Source: Burkholderiales bacterium (lineage in GTDB: Bacteria; Pseudomonadota; Gammaproteobacteria; Burkholderiales; SG8-39). From it: DNA of 64,000 nucleotides. A program made the translations under genes and the position numbers. The notes under the pieces are model-generated. The model was not told where the DNA came from and searched no databases. It saw nothing but the letters and a program-made list of their open reading frames with translations. Below, one piece after another: positions 50,259 through 61,713 of the stretch (position 1 is its first letter; each line of letters starts with the position of its first letter). Location: the NCBI GenBank assembly GCA_038206915.1, contig JBBRAI010000012.1, positions 1,121 to 65,120 of the forward strand, in the 5' to 3' direction.

Positions 50259-51200
50259 TCAGTGCTCGGCCGCAGCGCCGGCGGCCAGGCCCTTGGGCAG
50301 CGGGAAGGTCACACCCTCTTCTTTTCCCCTAAGCTGGGTGACGCGCTGCACCCCCAGCTCCTGCAGTCTGGCGATGACTTCCAGCACCAGCACCTCCGGC
50401 GCCGAGGCGCCCGCCGTGAGGCCGATGCGCTTGCGGCCCTGCAGCCATTCCGGGCGCAGTTCGGACGCCTTGTCGATCATGTGCGCCTCCACCCCCAGCG
50501 TCTGCGCCACCTCGCGCAGGCGGTTGGAATTCGAGCTGTTGGGCGAACCGACCACGATCACCAGATCGCATTGCGGCGCCAGGAGTTTCACCGCGTCCTG
50601 GCGGTTCTGCGTGGCATAGCAGATATCGTCCTTCTTCGGTCCGACGATGCCCGGGAAGCGCCGCTTCAGCGCGGCGACGATGGCCGCGGCGTCGTCCACG
50701 GACAGCGTGGTCTGGGTGACGTAGGCGAGCTGGTCCGGGTTTTCGACCGTCAGCGTCTCTACATCCGCAACCTTTTCCACCAGGTACATGCCCTGCGCCG
50801 CCTGCCCCATGGTGCCCTCCACTTCGGGATGCCCGCGATGACCGATCATGACGATGCCGCGGCCCTGCTCGCGCATCCTGGCGACTTCGCTATGCACCTT
50901 GGTCACCAGCGGGCAGGTCGCGTCGAACACCTTTAGGCCGCGCTCCTCGGCCTCGCGCCTGATCGCCGGCGACACGCCGTGCGCGCTGAATATCACGGTG
51001 CTGCCGGCCGGAACCTGGTTCAGCTCCTCGACGAACACTGCACCTTTCGTACGCAGGTCGTCGACGACGAATTTGTTGTGCACCACTTCGTGGCGCACGT
51101 AGATCGGCGCACCGTAGAGCTCCAGCGCGCGCTCGACAATGCTGATCGCGCGTTCTACGCCGGCGCAGAACCCGCGCGGATTGGCTAGCAAGACTTCCAT
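50259..51200 (-). CDS. ispH: 4-hydroxy-3-methylbut-2-enyl diphosphate reductase
   Basis: [42 protein letters not shown]. Confidence 0.96.
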   Translation of the reverse strand: MEVLLANPRGFCAGVERAISIVERALELYGAPIYVRHEVVHNKFVVDDLRTKGAVFVEELNQVPAGSTVIFSAHGVSPAIRREAEERGLKVFDATCPLVTKVHSEVARMREQGRGIVMIGHRGHPEVEGTMGQAAQGMYLVEKVADVETLTVENPDQLAYVTQTTLSVDDAAAIVAALKRRFPGIVGPKKDDICYATQNRQDAVKLLAPQCDLVIVVGSPNSSNSNRLREVAQTLGVEAHMIDKASELRPEWLQGRKRIGLTAGASAPEVLVLEVIARLQELGVQRVTQLRGKEEGVTFPLPKGLAAGAAAEH

Positions 51201-51314
51201 GGTCAGATCCAAGAAATGGTTATGATCGCGTTAGGATGTTGTGGGAGGCCCGCCCCCGGGCCGATTGCACTTCGATTTGGCTCCGATCGCGGCGAGGGCG
51301 CCGCTCCCGCATCA

Positions 51315-51797
51315 TTACGCCGCCCCCGCGCGCCGCGCGCGCGGCCGAAAACTGTCAGCGATCAGCAACGCCGCGCCCACGGTGATCGCCGAGTCGGCCA
51401 GGTTGAACGCCGGCCAATGCCAGCCGGCGAGGTGAAAATCGAGAAAATCGACGACATGGCCGAGTACGATGCGATCCAGCACGTTGCCCACCGCCCCGCC
51501 CAAAATCAGGCTGAGCGCAACGCAGAACAATTTCTCGCCGGCGTGGCGCACCAGCAGCACGCTGATCACGACCATTGCAATCAGCGCAATCGCGATGAAA
51601 AAACCGCGCTGCCAGCCCGCTGCACTCGCCAGAAAACTGAACGCCGCCCCCTTATTGTAGGTCAGGACCAGGTTGAAGAAACCGGTGTATGCGCGGGTTT
51701 CGCCGTAGCCGAAGCTCGCGCTCACCCAATACTTGGTCAACTGGTCGAGCAGCATGACGACCAGCGCCCACGTGTACCAGGGCGCGAGCTTACGCAT
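51315..51797 (-). CDS. lspA: Lipoprotein signal peptidase
   Basis: [29 protein letters not shown]. Confidence 0.95.
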   Translation of the reverse strand: MRKLAPWYTWALVVMLLDQLTKYWVSASFGYGETRAYTGFFNLVLTYNKGAAFSFLASAAGWQRGFFIAIALIAMVVISVLLVRHAGEKLFCVALSLILGGAVGNVLDRIVLGHVVDFLDFHLAGWHWPAFNLADSAITVGAALLIADSFRPRARRAGAA

Positions 51798-54630
51798 GCG
51801 ACCTCGGCTCGCCGGCGCCGTGCAGGTTCGATACGCAGCGGGCGCAGAGTCCCGGATGCGCACTGTCGGCGGTGCCCACGTCGCCGCGGTAGTGCCAGCA
51901 GCGCTCGCATTTGGCGTGCGCGCTGGCGCGCACGATCACCGCCTCCTCGGCGGCAGTGCCGACCGCGGTCAGCGTCGCGCTGGAGGTGATCAGCACAAAG
52001 CGCAGATCGTCGCCTAGCGACTGAAGCAGGGCCAGCTTGTCTGCGCTCGCGCGGACCTCGACTTCGGCCTGCAGCGACGAGCCGATGTTTCCGGCAGTGC
52101 GCGCCTCCTCCAGCTGCTTTTGCACTTCGGCGCGCACGGCGCGGATCCTGGTCCAGCGTTCGAGCAGCTCCGGCGCCTGGTCCGCAGCCGGAAATTCGTT
52201 CCAGGTGTGCGCAAACACGCTTGCATCGCCGGCGTGCGCGCCAAGCGCCCAGATTTCTTCCGCGGTGAAGGAAAGTATCGGCGCCATCAGCCGCACCAGG
52301 CGCTGCAGTATCTGGTACAGGGCATTCTGCGCCGAGCGCCGCGCCTTCGAGTTCGCGCCTGCCGTGTACAGCCGGTCCTTCAGGATGTCGAGGTAAAAAC
52401 CGCCCAGGTCCTCGGAACAGAAGCCCTGCAGCTTCTGCGCCACGAAGTGGAAGTCGTAGTTGTCATAGTCGCGCACGATTTCGCGCTGCAGCGACTGCAT
52501 CAACGCCAGCGCGTAGCGGTCGATTTCGAGCCATTCTCCCGGCGGCAGCGCATGCGCCTTGGGGTCGAAGTCGGCGGTATTGGCGAGCAGGAAGCGCAGC
52601 GTGTTGCGAATGCGGCGGTAGCTCTCGACCACGCGTTTGAGGATCTCGTCCGAGATCGACAGTTCGGCCGAATAGTCGGTCGCCGCTACCCACAGGCGCA
52701 GAATTTCGGCTCCGAGGCTTCCCGCGACCTTCTGCGGCTCCAGCGTGTTGCCCAGCGATTTCGACATCTTGCGGCCCTGGCCGTCGACGAAGAAGCCGTG
52801 CGTGAGCAGAGCCTTGTAGGGCGGCACGCCGTTCAACATGCACGACACCAGCAGCGAGGAATGGAACCAGCCGCGATGCTGGTCGGAGCCTTCCAGATAC
52901 AGGTCCGCCGGAAACTGCAGCTTGGCGCCGTGCGAGCCGGCGCCCTTCGCCTGCCCGTCGGGCCCGCCTATCACGGTCTGATGGGTGGAACCGGAATCGA
53001 ACCAGACGTCGAGCGTATCTTTGATCTTGACGTATTGCCCGGCCTCCGCGCCCAGCAACACCTGCGGATCGAGCGTCTGCCAGGCCTCGATGCCGCCTTG
53101 CTCCACCACCTGCGCCACTTGTTCGAGCAGCTCCAGGGTGCGCGGATGCAGTTCGCTGGTTTCCTTGTGGATGAAGAAAGGCATCGGCACGCCCCATTGG
53201 CGCTGGCGCGACAGCGTCCAGTCCGGGCGGTTGGCGATCATGCCGTGCAGGCGCGCCTGGCCCCAGTCCGGATAGAAGCGCGTGTTGTCGATCGCGCGCA
53301 AGGCGGTTGCGCGCAGCGACTCGGCGGGCTTCACCCCCTTGAATCCCGGCGGCTCGTCCATGGCGGCGAACCATTGCGTGCTGGCGCGATAGATGATCGG
53401 CGTTTTGTGGCGCCAGCAGTGCATGTAGCTGTGCGCGTAGTCTTCGGAGTGCAGCAGCGCGCCGACCTCGGCGATTTTCTTGACTACCTCCGCATTGGCT
53501 TTCCAGATGTTCATGCCGCCGAAAAATGGCAGCGCTTCCGCGTATTTCCCGTCCGCCATCACCGGCGTGAGAATCTGCTCGTCCTTCATCCCGTAGCGGC
53601 GGCAGGAATCGAAGTCCTCCACGCCGTAGGCGGGGGCGCTGTGCACGATGCCGGTGCCGGTATCGAGCGTCACGTATTCGCCCAGGTACACCGGCGCGAG
53701 ACGGTCGTAGAACGGGTGGCGGAAATTGATCAATTCCAGCGCCTTGCCCTTGCACGAGGCAAGCACTTTGCCCGCCAGTCCGTAGCGCGCGAGGCAGGCA
53801 TCCTGCAAATCGGCCGCTAGGATCAGCAGCCCGCGTTCGGTCGAAATCAGGTTGTAGGCGTGCTCGGGGTGCGCGTTCAGTGCCTGGTTGCCGGGAATGG
53901 TCCATGGCGTGGTGGTCCAGATCACGATCCAGCCTTTCTCGGTCGGCAATTTAGCCAGCCCGAACGCGGCGGCGATCTTCTCCGGCTCGGCAAATGCGAA
54001 GCCGACGTCAATGGCGAAATCTTTCCGGTCGGCGTACTCGACTTCGGCTTCGGCCAGCGCCGAGCCGCAGTCGAAGCACCAGTTCACCGGCTTCAGTCCG
54101 CGATAGACGTAGCCCTTTTGCAGCAATTTGCCCAGGGTGCGGATTTCGTCGGCCTCGTTGCCGTAGGCCATGGTCAGATAAGGATGGTCCCAGTCGCCGA
54201 GCACGCCCAGGCGGCGGAAGTCCTGCTTCTGCCGCTCGACTTGCTCTGCGGCATAGGCGCGGCACAGGCTTTGCGTCTTTTCCACCGGCAGGTGTTTGCC
54301 GTGGTGCTTTTCGATCTCGCGCTCGATCGGCATGCCGTGGCAGTCCCAGCCCGGCACATAGACGGCGTCGAAGCCGGCCATGTTGCGCGCCTTGACGATG
54401 ATGTCCTTGAGTATCTTGTTGATCGCATGACCCAGATGGATGTCGCCGTTCGCATAGGGGGGGCCGTCGTGCAGGATGAATTTCGGCCTGCCTTTGGACG
54501 CGGCGCGTATCGCCTCGTAGATTTTCTTCTCCTGCCATTGCTGCACCCAGTGCGGTTCGCGCTTGGCAAGGTCGCCGCGCATCGGAAACGGCGTGTCGGG
54601 AAGGTTCAGCGTGTTCTTGTAATCAGCCAT
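51790..54630 (-). CDS. ileS: Isoleucyl-tRNA synthetase (type 1)
   Basis: [26 protein letters not shown]-terminal CERC..CARC. Confidence 0.97.
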   Translation of the reverse strand: MADYKNTLNLPDTPFPMRGDLAKREPHWVQQWQEKKIYEAIRAASKGRPKFILHDGPPYANGDIHLGHAINKILKDIIVKARNMAGFDAVYVPGWDCHGMPIEREIEKHHGKHLPVEKTQSLCRAYAAEQVERQKQDFRRLGVLGDWDHPYLTMAYGNEADEIRTLGKLLQKGYVYRGLKPVNWCFDCGSALAEAEVEYADRKDFAIDVGFAFAEPEKIAAAFGLAKLPTEKGWIVIWTTTPWTIPGNQALNAHPEHAYNLISTERGLLILAADLQDACLARYGLAGKVLASCKGKALELINFRHPFYDRLAPVYLGEYVTLDTGTGIVHSAPAYGVEDFDSCRRYGMKDEQILTPVMADGKYAEALPFFGGMNIWKANAEVVKKIAEVGALLHSEDYAHSYMHCWRHKTPIIYRASTQWFAAMDEPPGFKGVKPAESLRATALRAIDNTRFYPDWGQARLHGMIANRPDWTLSRQRQWGVPMPFFIHKETSELHPRTLELLEQVAQVVEQGGIEAWQTLDPQVLLGAEAGQYVKIKDTLDVWFDSGSTHQTVIGGPDGQAKGAGSHGAKLQFPADLYLEGSDQHRGWFHSSLLVSCMLNGVPPYKALLTHGFFVDGQGRKMSKSLGNTLEPQKVAGSLGAEILRLWVAATDYSAELSISDEILKRVVESYRRIRNTLRFLLANTADFDPKAHALPPGEWLEIDRYALALMQSLQREIVRDYDNYDFHFVAQKLQGFCSEDLGGFYLDILKDRLYTAGANSKARRSAQNALYQILQRLVRLMAPILSFTAEEIWALGAHAGDASVFAHTWNEFPAADQAPELLERWTRIRAVRAEVQKQLEEARTAGNIGSSLQAEVEVRASADKLALLQSLGDDLRFVLITSSATLTAVGTAAEEAVIVRASAHAKCERCWHYRGDVGTADSAHPGLCARCVSNLHGAGEPRSHA

Positions 54631-54693
54631 GATTCGCTTCGAGTGGTTCGTTCGATCGGATGATCGTCGGCGGGCGCGCCGTGAATACAGGCT

Positions 54694-55629
54694 TCATGCG
54701 GGCACCTGCGCCGCGAAGAATTCCCTGGCGATATCGCAGTCCAGGGCAATGCGCGCTTTCAGTGCATCGAGATTGGGGAATTTTTCCTCATCGCGTATTT
54801 TGTGCAGGAATTCGACGCGCAAATGCCGGCCGTAGAGTTCGCCGGCGAAATCGAACAGGTGCACCTCTAACTTGGCGCGGCCGCTGTTGTCCACCGTGGG
54901 GCGCAGCCCCAGGCTCGCGGCGCCATTGCGCACCTGACCGTCGCCGTCGATGGTGCGCGCGGCAAAGATTCCGGAAAGCGGCGGGCGGTTGTGTTGCAAC
55001 TGCACGTTGGCGGTCGGGAAGCCGATCTGCCGGCCGAGCTTGTCGCCGTGCACCACGCGGCCGCTGATGCTGTAGGAGCGTCCCAATAGCGCCTTTGCAG
55101 CGTCCAGCTTGCCCGCGGCAAGCGCTGTGCGCACGGCGGAACTCGATACGCGTACGCCCTCGTGCTCGACCGTGTGCATCGCTTCCAGTCCGAAGCCGTA
55201 TTTGGCCGACGCCTGCTGCAGCAGCGCGAAGTCGCCGGCGCGGTGCGCGCCGAAACGGAAGTCGTCGCCGATCAAGAGCCAGCGCATCCCGAGGCCCGCG
55301 AGCAGCACCTGCTCGATGAAATCCTGCGGCGATCGGCTGGCGTAGGCGCGGTTGAAGCGGTCGACCTGCACGCACTCGACGCCCTGCGCCGCCAGCAGCT
55401 CCAGCTTTTCCCGCAGCGAGGTAAGCCGCGTCGGCGCGGTCTGCGGCGCGAACAGCTCCAGCGGATGCGGTTCGAAGGTCAGCACGCAGGCGCGCAGGCC
55501 CTGTGCTTGCGCGCTCTGCTTGAGCCGCGCGAGCATCGCCTGATGGCCGCGGTGCACGCCGTCGAAGTTGCCGATGGTGAGCGCCGTGGCCGCCTCGCCG
55601 TGTCCGGAAATGCTGCGGCAAACCCGCAT
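54694..55629 (-). CDS. ribF: Bifunctional riboflavin kinase / FAD synthetase
   Basis: IGNFDGVHRGH, FEPHP, SSS..R, GFPTAN, G.RPT. Confidence 0.95.
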   Translation of the reverse strand: MRVCRSISGHGEAATALTIGNFDGVHRGHQAMLARLKQSAQAQGLRACVLTFEPHPLELFAPQTAPTRLTSLREKLELLAAQGVECVQVDRFNRAYASRSPQDFIEQVLLAGLGMRWLLIGDDFRFGAHRAGDFALLQQASAKYGFGLEAMHTVEHEGVRVSSSAVRTALAAGKLDAAKALLGRSYSISGRVVHGDKLGRQIGFPTANVQLQHNRPPLSGIFAARTIDGDGQVRNGAASLGLRPTVDNSGRAKLEVHLFDFAGELYGRHLRVEFLHKIRDEEKFPNLDALKARIALDCDIAREFFAAQVPA

Positions 55630-55724
55630 GTTCAGAATCTGCTCCGTATAGCTAAAATCCTGAATTATAGCGGCTTTCCTTCACCCCCGGAAGGCGATTC
55701 GGCATTGCGCAGCAGTGTTCTTCG

Positions 55725-56240
55725 CTAGTCAAGCCGTGGCGCGCGCGCGGCCGCCACCCACTTCGCAAAGAAGAACATTGCGGCCAGGAACAGCAACGAA
55801 AACCAGATCAGCGACCACTCCGGCACCTGCAGACCCAGCACCGGTTCGTGCGGCGTCGTGCATTCGCCGCTTGCGTGAAACAGCCAGGGCAGCAGTCTGG
55901 CCGTCGGCAGATCATTGACGTATTGCTCCAGCACGTCGATGCCGCAGCCGAATTTCGGGTGATGCAACACCCACACGTGGCGCGCCGCGACGCCGAGCCC
56001 GGCCAGCGCGGCCAGGGCCAGTGCCGCGGCGTAGCCAACCGTGCCGCCGCGCCGCGGCGCGTGTATCGCCCCGGCCAGTGCGATCAGTCCGAACAGCGAG
56101 AATCCCGCGCGCTGCATCACGCATAGCGGACACGGCGCCTGGCCCTTGAGATGCTGCAGCACCAGCGCCTCGGCAAGAAGCGCGAAGCACAGCAGCGCGA
56201 AGCCCGCGAATACCCGGCGCGGATTCAAATCGACCTGCAA
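55725..56240 (-). CDS. dsbB: Disulfide bond formation protein B family
   Basis: PCPLCVMQR, a second Cys pair and four TM segments. Confidence 0.85.
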   Translation of the reverse strand: MQVDLNPRRVFAGFALLCFALLAEALVLQHLKGQAPCPLCVMQRAGFSLFGLIALAGAIHAPRRGGTVGYAAALALAALAGLGVAARHVWVLHHPKFGCGIDVLEQYVNDLPTARLLPWLFHASGECTTPHEPVLGLQVPEWSLIWFSLLFLAAMFFFAKWVAAARAPRLD

Positions 56241-56253
56241 CTTGCTTCTGCTT

Positions 56254-56880
56254 TCATTTGACCTTCGAATTTAGGCTATAAGTGCCGGTGAGACTCGTCT
56301 TGGCGAGCACATGACCTTCGATCGCCTTCAGCACATCGGTGGCCTTGAAGGTCCCGTCCACCAGGCAGCGCGCGCAATCGAGCGCATACAGCGTGAATAC
56401 GTAGTGGTGCAGGATTTCGTCGTTCCACGGCGGGCAGGGACCGTCGTAGCCGAAGTAGTTGCCGCCCATGTCCTTGTCGCCCGCGAACCAGCCGGTGTAG
56501 TCGTTTAGCCCATGGCGCGCGCCGCGCTTGGCCTGCGGGCCCGGCTTGCCGCGCGCAGTGACGTCATCGGAATATTCGCCTTCCGCAATCGCGCTGGTAT
56601 CCGCAGAAACATCCACCAGCGTCCAGTGATAGAAATCCACGCGCGGCAGGCCGGCGGGAACGCTGCGCCCCTCCTTGTTCACGTCGTCGCCTTTGCTGGG
56701 GACGTCGGGGTCGTGGCAGATCAGCGCGAAGGACTTGGTGCCGGCCGGAGCGCCGCTCCATGCCAGCTGCGGATTGCGGTTGGAAGACAGCGCGACGTGT
56801 TCGGTCGCGTGCGGCACGGCGAACGCAAAGGCGCCGGGAATGCGCTGATTGTCGCCGAAGCTTGAGCTGCTGAGTTTCAT
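56254..56880 (-). CDS. YbhB/YbcL (PEBP/Raf-kinase-inhibitor-like) protein
   Basis: P.L.W, DPDVP, FYHW, YDGPCPP, HHY.FTLYALD. Confidence 0.88.
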   Translation of the reverse strand: MKLSSSSFGDNQRIPGAFAFAVPHATEHVALSSNRNPQLAWSGAPAGTKSFALICHDPDVPSKGDDVNKEGRSVPAGLPRVDFYHWTLVDVSADTSAIAEGEYSDDVTARGKPGPQAKRGARHGLNDYTGWFAGDKDMGGNYFGYDGPCPPWNDEILHHYVFTLYALDCARCLVDGTFKATDVLKAIEGHVLAKTSLTGTYSLNSKVK

Positions 56881-56985
56881 CTTATTACCTCCTGCGCAAC
56901 AATGAATTCGGTATTGCGGACCTCAATCGGTCGAACGCGGGTGATCCGGGAACGCCGGGCACCGATAGGATTCGCGCCGGCCGCT

Positions 56986-57825
56986 TTAGTTCAGTCGCGC
57001 GCATGCCAGCCGCAGTGCGGCGGCCTTGCTTCTGATCTCGTTTGCATCGGGCGCGTCCGGGCGCCGCTCCAGATAGTCCTGCAGGTCGGCAAGCGCCGCG
57101 CGAAAACACTCGAGCCGGTAGTAGGCGAGGCCCCGGTCGCGCACCTCTTCAACCGCATGCGGCGCCACCATCACCATGCGCTGCATCACCTCCAGCGCAT
57201 TCTGCGCTTCCTGTGTCTGCAGGTAAATGTTTTTCAGATTGTGCAGCAGGCGTGCAAGAATCTGCCGCGGCGTGGCCGCCTGCAGGAACTGCGCAAGCTG
57301 CGCCGTGCCGGCTTCGCCCTGCGGCAGCGCCAGCGCAAGGCGCGCGCGCAGTTCCGCCTCCGACTGCGCCTCGCCGCCGCAGTAGGGATCCAGCACCAGC
57401 TGCCCCGCGCGCACGCGCAACTTGACCAGGAAATGGCCCGGGAAGGACACGCCCTGCAAACGCAGGCCCACGCGCCGGCCGATTTCCATGTAGAGGATAG
57501 ACAGCGTGATCGGGATGCCGGTGCGCCGATCGAGCACCTCGTTGAGATAGCTGTTGCGCGGATCGTAGTAGGCGAGCGTGTTGCCGCAAAAACCAAGTTC
57601 TTTGAACAGGTGCCGGTTCAGCACCACGATTTTCTGCTCGGCGAACGCGTCGGATGGAATACGGCTCCTGACGGTCGCGGCAATCGCGTCGATGCGCGCC
57701 ATGTAGCCGGCGACATCCAGTCCGGGATAGGCGTCCTGCGCAATCAGCAGGCAGGCTTCGGCGAGGTCGAACTCCTCCCTGCACAGCAGCGCGGAAAAGG
57801 ATTCGAGGCGATATTGCAGTTCCAT
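56986..57825 (-). CDS. SirB1/YchA family protein (transglutaminase-like plus TPR)
   Basis: GN...YYDPRNSYLN.VL.RR.GIPI.L, FPGHFL, RDRGL. Confidence 0.85.
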   Translation of the reverse strand: MELQYRLESFSALLCREEFDLAEACLLIAQDAYPGLDVAGYMARIDAIAATVRSRIPSDAFAEQKIVVLNRHLFKELGFCGNTLAYYDPRNSYLNEVLDRRTGIPITLSILYMEIGRRVGLRLQGVSFPGHFLVKLRVRAGQLVLDPYCGGEAQSEAELRARLALALPQGEAGTAQLAQFLQAATPRQILARLLHNLKNIYLQTQEAQNALEVMQRMVMVAPHAVEEVRDRGLAYYRLECFRAALADLQDYLERRPDAPDANEIRSKAAALRLACARLN

Positions 57826-57931
57826 GCCCTAGAACGTATTACAATACGAGGAGATATCTTCCTCCATGCTGCGTCGAGTCGGAAGCCATTGCAGCAATTC
57901 TGAATCGGCCTCCCGCAATGCGCAAGCGGTA

Positions 57932-59470
57932 CTATTCGGCAGCGCGCCTGGCAAAATCACTGACGCGAAAGCCGAGCAGCCATAGCGTCGCAAAATAGAT
58001 CGTGACGCCCAGGCACACCAGCCCGACCAGGCCCGCGAGCCGCGCCTGCCACGCCGCAGCCAGCCACCATGTCTCGCTGCCCGCGGCCCCCCACAGCACC
58101 GCGGCCATCGCCAGCAGGGCGCACGCGATCTTCCACGCGAACCGCCACCACCCCGGCTGCGGCTGGTAGATGCGATGCTGGCGCAGCTTGTAGTACAGCA
58201 GGCCGGCATTTAGGCATGCTCCCAGGCCGATGGCGAGGGCGAGTCCCGCGTGTTTGAGCGGCCCGATCAGGGCGAGGTTCATGAGTTGCGTCGAGGCCAG
58301 CGTAATCACTGCGATTTTCACCGGCGTGCGTATGTTCTGCCGCGCATAAAAGCCCGGCGCGAGAACCTTCACCAGAATCAAACCGACCAGCCCGATGCTG
58401 TAGGCAACCAGCGCGCGGCGCGTCATCCAGACGTCCTCTACGCTGAAATTGCCGTAGTGAAACAGCGTGCTGATCAGCGGCACCGCGAGCAGCGCGAGCG
58501 CCACCGCCGCCGGCAGCGCGAGCATCAGGGTCAGGCGCAGCCCCCAGTCGAGCAGGCGGCTGTATTGTTCCGTGGCGTCGCTTGAATAATACTTCGACAG
58601 GCTCGGCAGCAGGATGGTGCCCAGCGCGACGCCGAGCATGCCAGTGGGGAATTCCATCAGCCGGTCGGCGTAATACAGCCATGACACGCTGCCGTTGGCC
58701 AGAAACGAGGCGAAAATGGTGTTGATCAGCAGCGACAGCTGGGCAATGGAAACGCCGAACACGGCCGGGCCCATGAGCCTGAGTATGCGCTTGACCCCTG
58801 CGTCCATGAAATCCGCGCGCAAACGCGGCAGCATGCCGATCTTCGCCAGATAGGGCAGCTGCAGCGCGAGCTGCAGCACACCGCCGACGAGCACCGCCCA
58901 TGCCAGCACAAGTACCGGCGGGTGGAAATATGGCGCAAACACCAGCGCGCAGAAAATGAAGCTCAGATTCAGCAGCGTCGGCGTGAACGCGGGCACGGCG
59001 AAACGGCTCCAGGTGTTGAGGATGCCGCCCGCGAGCGATACCAGCGAAATGAACAGCAGGTAGGGAAAGGTGATGCGCAGCATCGCCACGGTGAGGTTGA
59101 ATTTGTCCGGTATCGCGGAGAATCCCGGCGCGCTCACATAAATGATCCAGGGCGCTGCAAGCACGCCGATGATGCTGACTACGAGAACCGCGAGCGACAG
59201 CGCGGTGGCCACGCGGCCGATCAGCAACCGGGTCTCGGTCTCTCCGTTGCGCGTCCGGTACTCCGCCAGGATGGGCACGAAGGCCTGCGAAAAAGCGCCC
59301 TCTGCGAACAGCCGGCGCAACAGGTTGGGAATGCGGAAGGCGACGAAAAACGCGTCCGTGGCGAGTCCTGCGCCGAACAGGCGTGCGATCACGGCGTCGC
59401 GCACGAAACCGAGGATGCGGGAAACCAGCGTCATGCTGCTCACCGTGGCGAGCGCGCGCAGAAGATTCAT
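57932..59470 (-). CDS. murJ: Lipid II flippase MurJ (MviN)
   Basis: [31 protein letters not shown]. Confidence 0.95.
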   Translation of the reverse strand: MNLLRALATVSSMTLVSRILGFVRDAVIARLFGAGLATDAFFVAFRIPNLLRRLFAEGAFSQAFVPILAEYRTRNGETETRLLIGRVATALSLAVLVVSIIGVLAAPWIIYVSAPGFSAIPDKFNLTVAMLRITFPYLLFISLVSLAGGILNTWSRFAVPAFTPTLLNLSFIFCALVFAPYFHPPVLVLAWAVLVGGVLQLALQLPYLAKIGMLPRLRADFMDAGVKRILRLMGPAVFGVSIAQLSLLINTIFASFLANGSVSWLYYADRLMEFPTGMLGVALGTILLPSLSKYYSSDATEQYSRLLDWGLRLTLMLALPAAVALALLAVPLISTLFHYGNFSVEDVWMTRRALVAYSIGLVGLILVKVLAPGFYARQNIRTPVKIAVITLASTQLMNLALIGPLKHAGLALAIGLGACLNAGLLYYKLRQHRIYQPQPGWWRFAWKIACALLAMAAVLWGAAGSETWWLAAAWQARLAGLVGLVCLGVTIYFATLWLLGFRVSDFARRAAE

Positions 59471-59608
59471 GGCAGCGATTATACGAAAACGAAGTTTCAG
59501 TGGAGGCCAACGTGCGAAGCGCGCTATGTCGGAACTAAAATGCACTTGCGTAACAAGGACTAAATCAGTATCATTGCGCCCTTTCGTGACGCTCACCCGG
59601 GTTCCACC

Positions 59609-59872
59609 ATGGCCAATACAGATTCAGCGCGCAAGCGTTCCCGTCAAGCCGAGAAACAGCGGCGGCACAACTCCGGCCTGCGCTCCACGCTGCGCTCGGC
59701 AATCAAGGACGTGAACAAGGCGATCGCCGGCGGCGACAAGGAAGTTGCGAAAAAGGCGCTGAACCGCTCCACCAGCATCGTCGACCGCATCGCCGACAAG
59801 AAGATCATCCACAAGAACAAGGCAGCGCGCCACAAGAGCCGCCTGTCCGCCGCGATCAAGGCGATGGCCTAG
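59609..59872 (+). CDS. rpsT: 30S ribosomal protein S20
   Basis: [21 protein letters not shown]; divergent from murJ. Confidence 0.97.
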   Translation: MANTDSARKRSRQAEKQRRHNSGLRSTLRSAIKDVNKAIAGGDKEVAKKALNRSTSIVDRIADKKIIHKNKAARHKSRLSAAIKAMA

Positions 59873-59901
59873 AGCGCAATCGCCTCGCGCTCCGCGCATT
59901 G

Positions 59902-59930
59902 CGGCCGGCTAAATGCCGGCCGTTTTGTTT
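59902..59930 (+). terminator. Rho-independent terminator of rpsT
   Basis: CGGCCGGC-TAAAT-GCCGGCCG followed by TTTTGTTT. Confidence 0.75.
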
Positions 59931-60075
59931 GGAGCGCACCCGATGGGCCAGTGCGGAAAGGGAAAGTCAGCCGCGCCGCCTCGGAGAAAATCCGGTCCGA
60001 ATGAGAAAAAATACCGTTGGAACATAAATTTGCGTTGAATTGATCGAGGGCGTATGCTATTAATAGCTTAAGCGC

Positions 60076-60291
60076 TTGAATGAGGAGGAGTTTGTGGCGC
60101 CTTCAGCGATCATGAAATTCGGCTTTCGCATACGCACGCGCACCGGACTGCTGGTGGACAAGGTGCTGATACACGGCAGGGACGAAGCCGATGCGGAGCG
60201 TAAATTGCGCCAGATGTATCAGCATTGCAAGGTCTTGCAATGCACCGCGCACCCGCCCGGCAAGAACCGGGAATTCGCCGCCGCCGATTAG
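60076..60291 (+). CDS. Small hypothetical protein (start may be the ATG at 60112)
   Basis: Plausible ORF (FRIRTRTG..VD...I.GRD..DAERKLRQMY.HC) preceded by an AT-rich promoter-like region. Confidence 0.55.
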   Translation: MNEEEFVAPSAIMKFGFRIRTRTGLLVDKVLIHGRDEADAERKLRQMYQHCKVLQCTAHPPGKNREFAAAD

Positions 60292-60460
60292 CGCACTTCG
60301 GCGTCACGCCCGGCGCCGCGACAGCGCGCCAATATTGCGTGCCATCGACCGGTCTCACCGGGCGGCATCCTGTTGCACCGAAGTACCCCCTGTCACGCCT
60401 CCGGCGCACTGCCGGTGGCGGCAGCAGTGTGCTAACATTGAAACAGTAAATCCAAGTACG

Positions 60461-60498
60461 GCACACGGCGGCAAATGCCGCCGTGTGCGTTTTGTTTT
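60461..60498 (+). promoter_or_regulatory. Terminator-like hairpin in the argD leader
   Basis: GCACACGGCGGCA-AA-TGCCGCCGTGTGC followed by GTTTTGTTTT; the stem ends about 22 nt before the argD ATG. Confidence 0.55.
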
Positions 60499-60510
60499 GG
60501 GGGCGTGCCC

Positions 60511-61698
60511 ATGTCTCACGTAATGAACACCTATGCCAGGCTGCCGGTCGCATTCACGCACGGTCAGGGGGTGTGGCTGTGGGATGCGCAGGGCAAGCGC
60601 TACCTGGATGCGCTGGGCGGTATCGCCGTGAACACGCTCGGCCACGCTCACCCAAAACTGGCGCAGACGCTGGCGACGCAGGCGGGCAGGCTGATCCATA
60701 CCTCGAATATCTACCAGATCACCGAGCAGGAAAACCTCGCCGACAAGCTCGCCGAAATGAGCGGCATGGACAAGGTGTTCTTCTGCAACTCCGGCTGCGA
60801 GGCGAACGAGGCCGCGATCAAGCTCGCGCGGCTGTTTGCCAGGAGCAAGAGCCTGGAGAATCCCGCGATCGTGGTCATGGAAAAGTCTTTCCACGGGCGC
60901 ACGCTGGCCACGCTCTCGGCCACGGGCAGCCGCAAGGTGCATGCCGGGTTCGAGCCGCTGGTGTCCGGCTTCGTGCGCGTGCCTTACGACGATCTGGAGG
61001 CGGTGCGCCAGGTGGCGCAGAACAACCACAACGTCGTCGCGATCCTGGTCGAACCGATCCAGGGCGAAGGCGGCATCAACGTCGCCCACCTGGAGTATCT
61101 GCGCGGCCTGCGCGAGCTGTGCGACCAGTACCAGTGGCTGCTGATGCTGGACGAGATCCAGTGCGGCCTCGGCCGCACCGGCAAGTGGTTCTTCTATCAG
61201 CATGCGGGCTTTCTCCCGGACGTGGTCACGCTGGCCAAGGGGCTCGCCGGCGGCGTGCCCATAGGCGCCTGCCTCGCGAAGGGCGCGGCGGCCGAGCTGT
61301 TCAAGCCGGGGAACCATGGCTCCACCTTCGGCGGCAATCCGTTCGCCTGCGCCGCCGCGCTCACCACACTCGAAGCGATCGAGCAGGAAAAGCTGCTCGA
61401 TAACGCGGTACAGATCGGCAATTTCCTGCGCGCCGGCTTCAGCGCGGCGCTGGCGGACCTCAAGGGCGTGGTCGCCGTGCGCGGCATGGGGCTGATGCTC
61501 GGCATCGAGCTCGACCGCCCCTGCGCGGAGCTGGTACAACGGGCACTGGATGCGGGCCTGCTCATCAACGTCACCGCGGAAAAGGTAGTGCGGCTGCTGC
61601 CGCCGCTCATCATGAACCGCGACGAAGCGCAGCAGCTGGTCGAACGCCTGTCGACCGTGATTCGCGATTTCCTCGGCCAGGCGGTCGCGGCAAACTGA
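60511..61698 (+). CDS. argD: Acetylornithine aminotransferase
   Basis: YLDALGGIAV..LGH, NSG.EANE, FHGRT, EPIQGEGG, DEIQ.G.GRTG, AKGL.GG. Confidence 0.92.
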   Translation: MSHVMNTYARLPVAFTHGQGVWLWDAQGKRYLDALGGIAVNTLGHAHPKLAQTLATQAGRLIHTSNIYQITEQENLADKLAEMSGMDKVFFCNSGCEANEAAIKLARLFARSKSLENPAIVVMEKSFHGRTLATLSATGSRKVHAGFEPLVSGFVRVPYDDLEAVRQVAQNNHNVVAILVEPIQGEGGINVAHLEYLRGLRELCDQYQWLLMLDEIQCGLGRTGKWFFYQHAGFLPDVVTLAKGLAGGVPIGACLAKGAAAELFKPGNHGSTFGGNPFACAAALTTLEAIEQEKLLDNAVQIGNFLRAGFSAALADLKGVVAVRGMGLMLGIELDRPCAELVQRALDAGLLINVTAEKVVRLLPPLIMNRDEAQQLVERLSTVIRDFLGQAVAAN

Positions 61699-61713
61699 GG
61701 CCGGGAACAGATC

